This document shows positions 8,867 through 17,876 of a stretch of DNA of 64,000 nucleotides, piece by piece (position 1 is the stretch's first letter; each line of letters opens with the position of its first letter). Made by a program: the position numbers and the translations under genes. Below the pieces are notes generated by a model. The model saw only the letters and a list, made by a program, of their open reading frames with translations, did not search any database and was not told where the DNA came from. Source of the DNA: Gammaproteobacteria bacterium (GTDB lineage Bacteria > Pseudomonadota > Gammaproteobacteria > CBDBNL01 > JAAOII01); the NCBI GenBank assembly GCA_965209035.1, contig OZ242372.1:64001-128000 (forward strand), in the 5' to 3' direction.

Positions 8867-10367
8867 AATTTAGCAGTTCGCTCTTGTCGCCCATCGCCCG
8901 ATATTTATCAAAGATCTCTTTTTTAGGAGAACAATTGGCGTGAGCATAGTAGCCGTTGGATAAACTGAATCTCTGAGATTCAAAATCTCTGTTGTCATCG
9001 AATCGAAACCTATGCAAGCGGGCTAAAAAATCATTGACCGCCATGCATGCTGCCTGCATATTCACCGAGATAACTGCCGGTTGATCCTCGTTCACAGCGG
9101 CTAAGTACCCGACCTTTCTTTGTTCCGCATAGTGTTTTCGATCGGTATGATAATAATCTTCGGCAGCCAGTTGTTCCGAAGTATAAACGCCGCGTGTTAG
9201 TAGCCCGGGACCTAAAGGGCTGACATAGTGGGCCGCCATGTCTATTCCCAGGATCTCTCCTTTTTTGTCACCTTCGCTGCTATCTCTAACATCCCCAATA
9301 TCACCACCGTCTCCAACCGCCCCGGCTTCCCCAACTTCCCCGACTTCTATGTGAACTCCGACATCAAAAAGTGGAATTGCATATGCCGAGGCAATCACAT
9401 CCAAGTGATATCGCCCTCTTACCGAATCCACACAACCGAACAGGACATCACAGGTTTTCAAACTGTCTTTTACCGCGGGTGATGTTGTTGTATCATTCAA
9501 TAATTCAACTTGGGTGCCCATACCCATTTCTTTAATTGCCCTGCCGATGACTTGCACTTTGGAGCGAGAGGCGGCGGCGTCTTTTTTGCCGCTGTTTAAT
9601 ATGCGGTTTAGATTTTTATCTTCTATCACATCATCATCTGCCAACACCAACTTGCCGATACAGTTTCTTGCCAAGAGTTCAATCACAATACTGCCGGTGC
9701 CGGAGCAGCCGACCACTCCTATTTTTAGTTGGCGTAAAACATCCAAGGTCCCTTTACCAAAAGTTTGTAAAATTCTCTTGGTAAATGCCGGCTCCTTGTT
9801 CCTGCCCTTGCTCCACTCTTTGTTACCTCTTTTCCAGAAAAACAGATCCTCGCCGCAGGCGGATACGGATTGAATGGGCACAAACCGCCGAGAATGAGTG
9901 ACAATACGCGCGATGATTTCACCTGTCGGCAGCATGATGGCGGAGCCTAACGGGCGTTTATCATCAAACCAGTGATTGGCGGACGCAAAGAACAATTTAT
10001 CGTTGGTATCATCCGTTGTTGAAAAATGCCGGAACCCGGACGGATGGCTGTGTATCGTCAAAAAAGAAAGACCTTGCTTGTCCATATCGGTTATTAGTTC
10101 GGGGGTGATTACATTCTTGGTTGCCCATTCAAGATAGGTGGCGTCGCGCTGAGTGGATTGAGCATACGGAACCAAGATGAGCGAATGTGTAACCAAGCGA
10201 CAGCAATCTTTGGCATCACCTCTGTGGCAGAGTAATATGGCGGCGGCTTCCGCCCCGTCTGCCGGTAGTAAATGCTTTTTTAAGTCCGTATGCTGTTTTT
10301 CATTTAGAACTAACTGATAAGTTTTAGTTGCTTTTGACATGTCTTCAAGATTGACCTTCTCGGTCAA
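8859..10367 (-). CDS. JAB/MPN peptidase - ThiF/E1 fusion (BubCD-like)
   Basis: N-terminal EAAA...HSHP....FS.TDD..D (JAB); C-terminal VGCSGTGS, D.D.IEDKNLNR, GCVD and PAVISVN (E1 adenylation domain). Confidence 0.9.
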   Translation of the reverse strand: MTEKVNLEDMSKATKTYQLVLNEKQHTDLKKHLLPADGAEAAAILLCHRGDAKDCCRLVTHSLILVPYAQSTQRDATYLEWATKNVITPELITDMDKQGLSFLTIHSHPSGFRHFSTTDDTNDKLFFASANHWFDDKRPLGSAIMLPTGEIIARIVTHSRRFVPIQSVSACGEDLFFWKRGNKEWSKGRNKEPAFTKRILQTFGKGTLDVLRQLKIGVVGCSGTGSIVIELLARNCIGKLVLADDDVIEDKNLNRILNSGKKDAAASRSKVQVIGRAIKEMGMGTQVELLNDTTTSPAVKDSLKTCDVLFGCVDSVRGRYHLDVIASAYAIPLFDVGVHIEVGEVGEAGAVGDGGDIGDVRDSSEGDKKGEILGIDMAAHYVSPLGPGLLTRGVYTSEQLAAEDYYHTDRKHYAEQRKVGYLAAVNEDQPAVISVNMQAACMAVNDFLARLHRFRFDDNRDFESQRFSLSNGYYAHANCSPKKEIFDKYRAMGDKSELLNYA

Positions 10368-10755
10368 GAACTTCCTTCATATTGTTAATATGAGTTCCGA
10401 TATTATCAACGCCTGCTTGCCATGGATAATGCCGAGACCATCGCTGCCACTTTTTATTTAAATGTGTTTCTGATACTAAAGCGTTTATAGGCCGATTATT
10501 TGTTTTCCGGATGCCCGGGTAAAGATAAAACATATCCAAACGTGCTGTAGGATAGTTAGGCGGAATAATAAACATAAATTCCCTCGTGTTGTGTTGATCC
10601 GACAACTCCACGGGAAATGATAACCACTGATATCCATCAGGAATATCAAAATTCCGAATGATCAGATACGAATTACTTCCTTCGGAAACTAATTCCCAAG
10701 CATCCGGATAGTGGATATTAAGCCATTCCAGGTCTTCGGATGTTAACGGACTCAA
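10345..10755 (-). CDS. Prokaryotic E2 (Prok-E2_E / BubB-like), cysteine-free
   Basis: IP.GY, IP..YP...LDMFY..P and WQRWSRH..W..G.D.I.TH; no Cys anywhere in the protein. Confidence 0.85.
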   Translation of the reverse strand: MSPLTSEDLEWLNIHYPDAWELVSEGSNSYLIIRNFDIPDGYQWLSFPVELSDQHNTREFMFIIPPNYPTARLDMFYLYPGIRKTNNRPINALVSETHLNKKWQRWSRHYPWQAGVDNIGTHINNMKEVLDREGQS

Positions 10756-10765
10756 ACTTAATTTC

Positions 10766-11071
10766 TTATCCCTGTTGTATCTGCGTTCGTATTGTTTCGA
10801 ATCTTTCCGGACAAGGATACTTAACCAGATCTACTCTATCTTCCGGGTTGATTCTATTGCGAGTTCCATCACTCAACTTTTCTTGTAAATAATACTCGTT
10901 AACTGGTCTGCGTGCTAAGGTCAGTATTTCCTTCCCTGTTATAGTAGGTTTTTCAACTTGATAGTATTTGCCATCTACTTTGATAATGTAAGCACGTCCA
11001 AAATACGGCTTCTTGCCTTCTTTCGCACATTCTTCGAGATTAATAATATCGTTTTTTTCTTGTTCTGTCAT
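10766..11071 (-). CDS. Ubiquitin-like (multi-ubiquitin family) protein
   Basis: I.VD...Y.V....ITG.EIL.LA......Y.L.....G....I...D.VDL......ERF.T beta-grasp pattern; ends in Gly (IQQG). Confidence 0.85.
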   Translation of the reverse strand: MTEQEKNDIINLEECAKEGKKPYFGRAYIIKVDGKYYQVEKPTITGKEILTLARRPVNEYYLQEKLSDGTRNRINPEDRVDLVKYPCPERFETIRTQIQQG

Positions 11072-11073
11072 AA

Positions 11074-12450
11074 TTAATTAATGTCGTTCTTTAATGGTTT
11101 AAAAATCTTAGGATTATTCTTTCGCAGTTCTTTTACGTGATCAGCATCTAACCCTATAACATTATACAAACATTTTGCCTTTGCTAACTGTGCCAGTGTC
11201 AAATTCTGACACCCGGTAAAATCAGAGCCGGTAAAATCAGAATCACTTAAATCTGCCCCCTTAAAATTTGCATCTCTAATATTTAAAAAAGTGATGCGTA
11301 CTCCTTTCAATTTCGCTTTTACAAATCCTGCACCGGATAAATTTCCTCCGGAACTAATATTAATACCACTTAAATCTGCTTTGAAAAAATTTATGCCTGA
11401 CAGATCTGAAGGTAACTTGACTTTTTCCAAGTATACCTCAGACATATCAATTCCAAGAAGGGTTGCTGTGATAGTAACTTCTTTATTTTCGTCCCGTACT
11501 TTCTTGTTTTCTCTATACATTTGCATTATTGATTTAGGATCTATAGACGGCTTAAAAAAGAGATCAATAATCAATTGTTTTATTTCAATAGCATCATCTT
11601 TTGAAAATATTGGTATAGACTTAGACATAGATATCTTGTCATATCCAGCCCTTTCCATTGTTATCGATGAATTTTCAATAGTAATTTTTTTATTTTTATC
11701 CTCTGCTTTCTTATTTATTGATTTAAGGTCTATAGATGGCTTAAAAGAGAGGTTAATATCCCATGGTTTTATTTCAAAAATATCTTTTTTCGTTATCGGT
11801 GCATTTTCAAATGAATTTAATATCTTAATCACTAAACTCATAATAATTGAAGTGTAATCTTGTGGTTCGCGTATATGATTTTTAGTGTCTTCTCTATACT
11901 TGTCGTTCGTTTTATAGGCAAGATCACGCAACATGAATAATCCCGCCTGTTGGTCAATATTCTTTTCAGAAGATAATTTATCTATTGCCTTATCAAATAT
12001 ATCAGATTTGATAGTCGCCAACTGCGTTTGTGCCGTATGTCCTTGTGCTATAGTCCTTCTATTGAGAATTGTCAATCCCCAAACAACTACTACCCCGGAT
12101 AGCATATAACCCAAAGCCATTAGGCTATGCCACTTTTTACCTTTATTCTCTTTACCCTCATTCTCTGCTGCTCCCAGCATCATATCTATCCAGTCATTGG
12201 GGCTACTATCGCACCAAAGAACATCAGACAATGCACGCCAGAGGATTAAAAAAATGATAAAGAGTGCAAAAGAAAGCAACAACCGCAAAAACATATTTCG
12301 CAAAAACACACTTAATGTGTGCCACCACTCTTTAAATGTATGCCACCCTTTTTTTAATCTGTGCCACCACTCTTTAAATGTGTGCCACCCTTTTTTTAAT
12401 CTGTGCCACCACTCTTTAAATGTGTGCCACCCTTTTTTAATAGCCCTCAC
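11074..12450 (-). CDS. Membrane-anchored pentapeptide-repeat protein
   Basis: Two TM segments and C-terminal A(D/N)LSG-type pentapeptide repeats; GGAGG 9 nt before the GTG; stop 2 bp from the Ubl ATG. Confidence 0.85.
   Translation of the reverse strand: MRAIKKGWHTFKEWWHRLKKGWHTFKEWWHRLKKGWHTFKEWWHTLSVFLRNMFLRLLLSFALFIIFLILWRALSDVLWCDSSPNDWIDMMLGAAENEGKENKGKKWHSLMALGYMLSGVVVVWGLTILNRRTIAQGHTAQTQLATIKSDIFDKAIDKLSSEKNIDQQAGLFMLRDLAYKTNDKYREDTKNHIREPQDYTSIIMSLVIKILNSFENAPITKKDIFEIKPWDINLSFKPSIDLKSINKKAEDKNKKITIENSSITMERAGYDKISMSKSIPIFSKDDAIEIKQLIIDLFFKPSIDPKSIMQMYRENKKVRDENKEVTITATLLGIDMSEVYLEKVKLPSDLSGINFFKADLSGINISSGGNLSGAGFVKAKLKGVRITFLNIRDANFKGADLSDSDFTGSDFTGCQNLTLAQLAKAKCLYNVIGLDADHVKELRKNNPKIFKPLKNDIN
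12318..12441. repeat. 42-bp tandem repeat x3 (KKGWHTFKEWWHRL)
   Basis: gtgccaccactctttaaatgtgtgccacccttttttt aatct repeated nearly exactly. Confidence 0.95.
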
Positions 12451-12534
12451 TGCATAAATCCTCCATACAAAATATTATAAGAAGTTAAATTATCTCATCC
12501 GATCCCCTACTCTCCGCAACTGCCTATTCATTAA

Positions 12535-13713
12535 TCACCCGTCCTCCAACAATTCTTCCGGCAGATCCCCCCGCATAAACCCCTCATAAGCATCCAGATC
12601 CGCAAAGTCAATCGCAAACAGGCCGTCCTCTAACTTGGTAATGCGGACGCTGTCGGTATTGGCTTTCAGTAGTTTGTCATAGGTCATCAGTTCCCGGTCT
12701 TTGAGATTAAATATGCCACGCAATAGCCACTTGGCGAGTGCATCGTTGGGGTTGGTCATCAGGGCTTTGCTGTTGTCTTGGCACATCTTGGCGTCGTAGA
12801 TCTCCCCTGTCGGCACCTTCAATCGAAAAGTGGTATCTCGGGGCGGGAAAAAGTCGCCGTATCTTTTGTGGATATCCCACGGCACCGGGATATAAACTTC
12901 GCCGGACTTTCGTTCTCGCCCGCGCGCATTCCATTGATTTAATCCGCTGTGTTGGGGGACATATTTTTCACCCCCTTTGATGACGGAGCGGGTGGAATAC
13001 AACGGCAAAATAACAAACGGCTCTTGCCGATAGGTTTTTTGGGGCTGAAGTTGGGCAAAACGCAACAACATTTCATAAGGGTCCTCAAGAATTTGTATAT
13101 CTATTTTGACAGCATCTGCGGGGATGTGAAAGGTCTTGAATAAAGTGCTTTTTGAAGGGTTGTAGTTATAGCGGTGCTTGCCGTCTTCAAACGAAACCCG
13201 TTTTGTATCTCTCGAAGTGGAATTTGAAGTGGGATTGTTTAATGTCAAAGAAGCGGTGTCTATCGGCTCGTATGTTTCGGAAAAAAGTAACAGATGCTTT
13301 TCCCGTCTTGCCACACAATGATAAAATCCTTGCCGGACGCCGTAAGTCCTGTTCGCCCATTCTATGCGGGCATTGCGATAGTCCGCCAGTGCCTTCACCA
13401 GCGTCATCCCTTGCATATCTCGCAAAGTGGTGCTGAGTTTGTTAAACTCGGCAACCTTTTCCGTTTTGTGCTCGCCCGGTGCCACAAAGGTTTTAATCCC
13501 TATGCCGGTGTTTCCCTTGATGGCGTCATATGCGCCGTCTTCTCTTGCCATGTTTTTTGCCGCAAAGGATTTGCAGGATACATTTTCCACCAATCGGTAA
13601 TAGAGCAGCGGGACCTTTGAGTCGCTGAACAACCGGGATAATGCGGATGACGCTCTCAGGTAATCGGCGTAAAGGCGAAATTCGTTGTTGTTATGATTTA
13701 AGAATTCTCGCAT
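12535..13713 (-). CDS. Restriction endonuclease with NgoFVII-type C-terminal DNA-binding domain
   Basis: N-terminal PD-(D/E)xK-like DA.K...GIGIKTF and EKVAEFN; C-terminal SGLNQWNA.GR.R...EVYIP, FFP and KALMTNPN. Confidence 0.78.
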   Translation of the reverse strand: MREFLNHNNNEFRLYADYLRASSALSRLFSDSKVPLLYYRLVENVSCKSFAAKNMAREDGAYDAIKGNTGIGIKTFVAPGEHKTEKVAEFNKLSTTLRDMQGMTLVKALADYRNARIEWANRTYGVRQGFYHCVARREKHLLLFSETYEPIDTASLTLNNPTSNSTSRDTKRVSFEDGKHRYNYNPSKSTLFKTFHIPADAVKIDIQILEDPYEMLLRFAQLQPQKTYRQEPFVILPLYSTRSVIKGGEKYVPQHSGLNQWNARGRERKSGEVYIPVPWDIHKRYGDFFPPRDTTFRLKVPTGEIYDAKMCQDNSKALMTNPNDALAKWLLRGIFNLKDRELMTYDKLLKANTDSVRITKLEDGLFAIDFADLDAYEGFMRGDLPEELLEDG

Positions 13714-14579
13714 ATACCCAGTTCCGCGGTTAATTCTTGTTTGATATGATTTATGCGCTCTTCACTTTGTTGGCAAAACTTTTTATTGAGTTCAAAACCT
13801 ATGTATCGTCTGCCGGTTTCCACGGCTGCAGCGGCGGTGGTTCCGCTGCCCATGAAGGGATCCAGGACAATATCGTTTTCCTTTGAGGTGGTTAGAACAA
13901 ACGGCCGAATCAATGACAAAGGATAAGATGCCTGATGGTCGCGGAAAGGTTCTATGCCGTTTTTGATGACATCCCGATGGTGTTGGTACTTCCGGGCGGT
14001 GTCCAAATCAAAATAGTATTTGGGGGACTTGACAAAATGAAAGAAGTGTTCGTACACGGGATAGCGTCTGTCCTTGGAATAGCTCGGAATCGGGTTTGGT
14101 TTTTCCCAGATGATCTTGTTGCGCAAGAGCCAGCCCTGCTCCTGCATCCCCATTGCCACCCTTTCCGGTAGCATCAAGAGTTGTTTGTGTTGCAGGTAAC
14201 GGCCGTCCGGTCGCACAATCTTATGCTCTTTATAGTGTTGGTCGGTTTTTCTGGCATATCGCCCTTTGTTGCGAACGAACCCTTTGGAGCCGAAGTAGAT
14301 GTCGCCGATATTCAAATAAAAGGACCCTTGCGGATGCAGGACACGCCGCAACTCGTCCATAAATTGAAGGAGATGTTTGACATAAGCCAGGGGATGTTCT
14401 TCCCGCCCGAGTGTTTCGTCCCCGTATACGCGACAACCGAAGTATGGCGGGCTGGTGATAATCAGGTTCACGAAGTCCTCCGGTAATTGAGAGGTCAATT
14501 CCAAAGAATCACCGCATATGATTTTATTGATCCATTTTTCAGTCATAGTCTGCCCCGCCTTGCAAATGTTTTGTATCAA
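13698..14579 (-). CDS. Site-specific DNA amino-methyltransferase (beta class, probably m4C)
   Basis: TSPPY ... DPFMGSGTT ... YIGFELN; overlaps the REase start. Likely ATG start at MTEKW. Confidence 0.92.
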   Translation of the reverse strand: MIQNICKAGQTMTEKWINKIICGDSLELTSQLPEDFVNLIITSPPYFGCRVYGDETLGREEHPLAYVKHLLQFMDELRRVLHPQGSFYLNIGDIYFGSKGFVRNKGRYARKTDQHYKEHKIVRPDGRYLQHKQLLMLPERVAMGMQEQGWLLRNKIIWEKPNPIPSYSKDRRYPVYEHFFHFVKSPKYYFDLDTARKYQHHRDVIKNGIEPFRDHQASYPLSLIRPFVLTTSKENDIVLDPFMGSGTTAAAAVETGRRYIGFELNKKFCQQSEERINHIKQELTAELGICENS

Positions 14580-14690
14580 TAAAAGAAATCGTTCAAATAA
14601 TATGTTTTTTAATATTTTATGATAGTTGGTGGCGGTAGAAACAGAAATGAGTAGGAAGTGACCGTCTGTGCCGGACTTTCCAATAGCATC

Positions 14691-14775
14691 CTAAGAACTG
14701 TATTTGCTCTCCCGGACAAAAGGACCATAACGCCGGATAACCTTGGCGATGAAATCTTTCATCCGTTCTGTCTGT
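14691..14775 (-). pseudogene. Displaced copy of the xylB 3' end
   Basis: 14713-14775 matches 21341-21403 at 58/63 nt with a 31-bp perfect core; encodes QTERMKDFIAKVIRRYGPFVR versus QTEQMKGFIAEVIRRYGPFVR; stop at the same offset. Confidence 0.9.
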
Positions 14776-14956
14776 GATTTGCCAGATCTATCCTCAAGTG
14801 TTCGGCACGCATCGGGTAAAAATGCTCTGGCGTTTTTGGTGTTTTCTATAACATCGTGGCAAGCATTACAAGACAAAACTTTGCCGTTTGGTTCTTTTTG
14901 TCAGACTGCTTGGCAAGGTCGGACCGGAATATCCTTGGTTTCGTTGAAAATTACTT

Positions 14957-15024
14957 GATGTTTAGAGCAAGAACTGGCTTGACAAAAGGAACAAAATGCC
15001 AATCAGAGGTTAATTGGATTAGAT
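14957..15024. repeat. Trailer repeat copy 1 (second copy at 16458-16524)
   Basis: gatgtttagagcaagaactggcttgacaaaa versus gatgtttaaagcaagaactagcttgacaaaa. Confidence 0.8.
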
Positions 15025-15172
15025 AAGATAGATAGTGTGACTTGCCTCAATCAATCTTTCTTGGATATGCTTTCAGGTTCGAGGATTTTCCATTTTTGTG
15101 TCCCGCCCCGAAGTATACACAGAGCAGAATAGCTTAAATTTTTTCATATTATCTGAGACATCAGTATTCGGT

Positions 15173-16165
15173 TTATTCACACAGAATTTTCTTTAAATAC
15201 TTATTCACGCCGCCACCCGTTCGATCGACGTCATACCCATTTTTTTCCCACAATTTAACTGTTTTATGATAGGAAATAAGGTTTTTTCTCACATCATCCT
15301 CAGTGATTTCAGAGGTACCGGAGACACCGAAGAATTTGGCAACATAATATAGTATTAACTTAAGAGTGGTCGTGTCTTTGTAATCACGCCAAGAATGTCT
15401 CTTATTAAAATACATTATCGAAGTATCTTTTAGCCCAACTAACACAGTGTCACCCTCACCTCTACCTGCTTGTTTTGAAAAATTAAGCAGATGGATGTCT
15501 ATTATCGGGAAAATTGCATGCAATTCTATAGGCGGGGTTAAAGACTTATTACTATTTATTGCGCGCCAAAGTCCTGAAATGAAGGTGGCCCCACCAGTGC
15601 CACGTGTCACCACGTTATCCACTAAATTTTCTCTTATCAATTCACTTAATGTTTTAGCTGCTTCGTGTTTTTCGTAGAAATTGCGGCGACTACTATCTGA
15701 ATCTCTAGTCCCCCATTTCCCCTGTTCAACACGTGCCTGGCTATCCTTAATATAATAAATAGTATGCGGCATCTCCTTTTTGGATCCCTTCCCTTTATTA
15801 CATAATGTGTAGAAGTTTTTAAATATTTTCTTGTTAATTTGAGTTGCCCCAAACTTTCTTTCCGCCCGTCGCCCGATATAAAAAATCCTCCGGCCACCTC
15901 CTCCTTTTACCTTATTATTAAGTTCTTCTATAAATTTTGCAATCCCTTCCTTATCATTACTCCATTTTTGCATTTTTCCTGTTCCTGGTGGCGGGACATG
16001 ATAAATATACCCGTCATTTTGTTCCTGTTTTTTAGTGGTCGACGACAGAATATCAATACCACGTTCCGACACAAAAATGATCGATGCCACAATACCAACA
16101 ATAGAAAAGACAGACACCAAGGTCAAAACTTTTCTCTTCATAACATATTTTAAAAATGTTTTCAT
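15173..16165 (-). CDS. Hypothetical protein with N-terminal membrane anchor
   Basis: Long Lys-rich ORF with hydrophobic segment VLTLVSVFSIVGIVASIIFV; ATG at 16165 preferred over TTG at 16225. No family recognised. Confidence 0.7.
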   Translation of the reverse strand: MKTFLKYVMKRKVLTLVSVFSIVGIVASIIFVSERGIDILSSTTKKQEQNDGYIYHVPPPGTGKMQKWSNDKEGIAKFIEELNNKVKGGGGRRIFYIGRRAERKFGATQINKKIFKNFYTLCNKGKGSKKEMPHTIYYIKDSQARVEQGKWGTRDSDSSRRNFYEKHEAAKTLSELIRENLVDNVVTRGTGGATFISGLWRAINSNKSLTPPIELHAIFPIIDIHLLNFSKQAGRGEGDTVLVGLKDTSIMYFNKRHSWRDYKDTTTLKLILYYVAKFFGVSGTSEITEDDVRKNLISYHKTVKLWEKNGYDVDRTGGGVNKYLKKILCE

Positions 16166-16248
16166 GATAATATTTTTTATATTTTTATAGTAGATATAAT
16201 TTAATTTTTGGCTGAATTCAGCCAACCTTAAAAATTTAAGATTTCCTT

Positions 16249-16456
16249 ATTTTAGCTTTTTTTTGCTAAAAATATCAATTTTTAGAAAAAATTTAGATAA
16301 TTTGTAAATTCGTTAAAATTTGTAATACTTTGGAAATACATATATTAACACCACTTTCTGTGCCTCTATTTCGCTGGCAAAGTTAAATAGATACTTCCTC
16401 AATAGCCTCTTGGTTCGCAATTTCAAATCACTGTCGGACACCTGGTCTTTCAGATG
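16249..16456 (-). promoter_or_regulatory. Leader repeat copy 1 with sigma70-like promoter
   Basis: About 200 bp homologous to 17557-17768; minus strand TTGATA-18 nt-TAAAAT at 16278-16249. Confidence 0.7.
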
Positions 16457-16499
16457 GGATGTTTAAAGCAAGAACTAGCTTGACAAAAAAGAATAAATG

Positions 16500-17513
16500 T
16501 CAAGCGGGGGTTGATTGATTGGATGTTGATTTATTGGGTTTCGGTTCGAAAGGAACTTCGCCGATAATTTCTCGCCAAACGCGGTCCCCATAACAGGGAT
16601 GCCATTCGTCGTGTAATCTATCCCTGGAATCCGGATTAATTGAAATACTATTCTTATACGAAAATTGCAAATTAGTGCTTTTACTAACGCAATTTATCAT
16701 CCACTCCAAAGTGATGTCGGAAAGACCGGAATGCACATATCCTCCCCCGATATCACTGTGAACACCGCGAAACCATTCTTGAGCGAATGTGCACTTCTGC
16801 TGCGGATCCGGCTTCTCCCAGAGAGTGGGCAAAAACGTACGCCTTCTTTCATCCAATGCTACTGCGTGAAAAGCGCATTTTACTTTCGGGCTCAATTTCA
16901 CATCGTGGAATTGATAAGTGCTTATGGCATCGATGATTTCGCGATCAATAAAACCAAAATTAATGGCAGAAATATCTATAGAAGATATATTCGGAATCCC
17001 CAAGCTACCGACCGTGTCCCAAACACCGATGCAGGCAATATCATCGATATCTATATTACTGGCAAAGTTCTTCACTTGGTTACGATAAGAATTCCAACTT
17101 TTTTTTAGTGCCTCTTCTTTGAATACCTCTTCTTTGAAGGTCGGAATCCCTTGCCTTGCCAATAAACCACCCAAACTTCGTACCGTATAGGCTCCTCGCG
17201 AAAAGCCAAACAAGTATATTTCATCTCCCAGTTCGTAATGCTCGGCAATCACCCGATAACAATCCATGATATTCTTATTCAAGCCAAAACCAAAAATACC
17301 AGTGTATTGATCATACATATGTGTCCTAACCCCGGCGTGATAAAATACGATTTGTTCCACACCATCACTGGCTTCCCCCAAAATACGCAATGGCCGGCGT
17401 ATTGCTCTTCTTCCACAGAGTGCCTGATATATCTTGGCGACATTTGTTTGTTCACATACCTCTTCATCGGGTCTATTCCAAGTGCCGTCAGCACAAACAA
17501 CAATTCTTTTCAT
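16500..17513 (-). CDS. DUF2235 / Tle1-like alpha/beta hydrolase (phospholipase-type)
   Basis: MKRIVVC.DGTWN, GFSRGAY, IGVWDTV, HAVALDERR and WF.GVHSDIGGG. Confidence 0.9.
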   Translation of the reverse strand: MKRIVVCADGTWNRPDEEVCEQTNVAKIYQALCGRRAIRRPLRILGEASDGVEQIVFYHAGVRTHMYDQYTGIFGFGLNKNIMDCYRVIAEHYELGDEIYLFGFSRGAYTVRSLGGLLARQGIPTFKEEVFKEEALKKSWNSYRNQVKNFASNIDIDDIACIGVWDTVGSLGIPNISSIDISAINFGFIDREIIDAISTYQFHDVKLSPKVKCAFHAVALDERRRTFLPTLWEKPDPQQKCTFAQEWFRGVHSDIGGGYVHSGLSDITLEWMINCVSKSTNLQFSYKNSISINPDSRDRLHDEWHPCYGDRVWREIIGEVPFEPKPNKSTSNQSTPA

Positions 17514-17556
17514 TGAATTTCTCCTATCTTCAATATGTAATAAAACTTATTTTTTA

Positions 17557-17768
17557 ATTATACTTATTTTTTGTTGAAAATAGCAGTTTTTAGAAAAATT
17601 AGATGATTCGTAAATTCGCTAATATTTGTAATATTTTGGAAATACATATATTAACATCACTTTCTGTGCCGCTATTTCGCCGGCACAATAAACCAGGCAC
17701 TTCCTCAATAGCTTCTTGCTCTTGGTTCGCAATTCCAAATCACTGTCGGACACTCGGTCTTTCGGATG
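17557..17768 (-). promoter_or_regulatory. Leader repeat copy 2 with sigma70-like promoter
   Basis: Homolog of 16249-16456; minus strand CTGCTA-18 nt-TATAAT at 17586-17557. Confidence 0.7.
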
Positions 17769-17876
17769 CTTGGACAGTGCCTTACCGATATTCCGGATCG
17801 CCTTGCCCTCAAATATTTCAACGGCAATTCTATTGCACCGATCGAGACGACTTAAGTTTTAGTCTTTTATGTTTTG

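Noticed and set aside
12318-12441. Possible CRISPR array
   Set aside because: Units are contiguous with no unique spacers, have a period divisible by 3 and lie in a CDS; no cas genes are present.
14691-14876. 61-aa ORF as a real gene
   Set aside because: Its C-terminal part is the displaced xylB end and the rest has no support.
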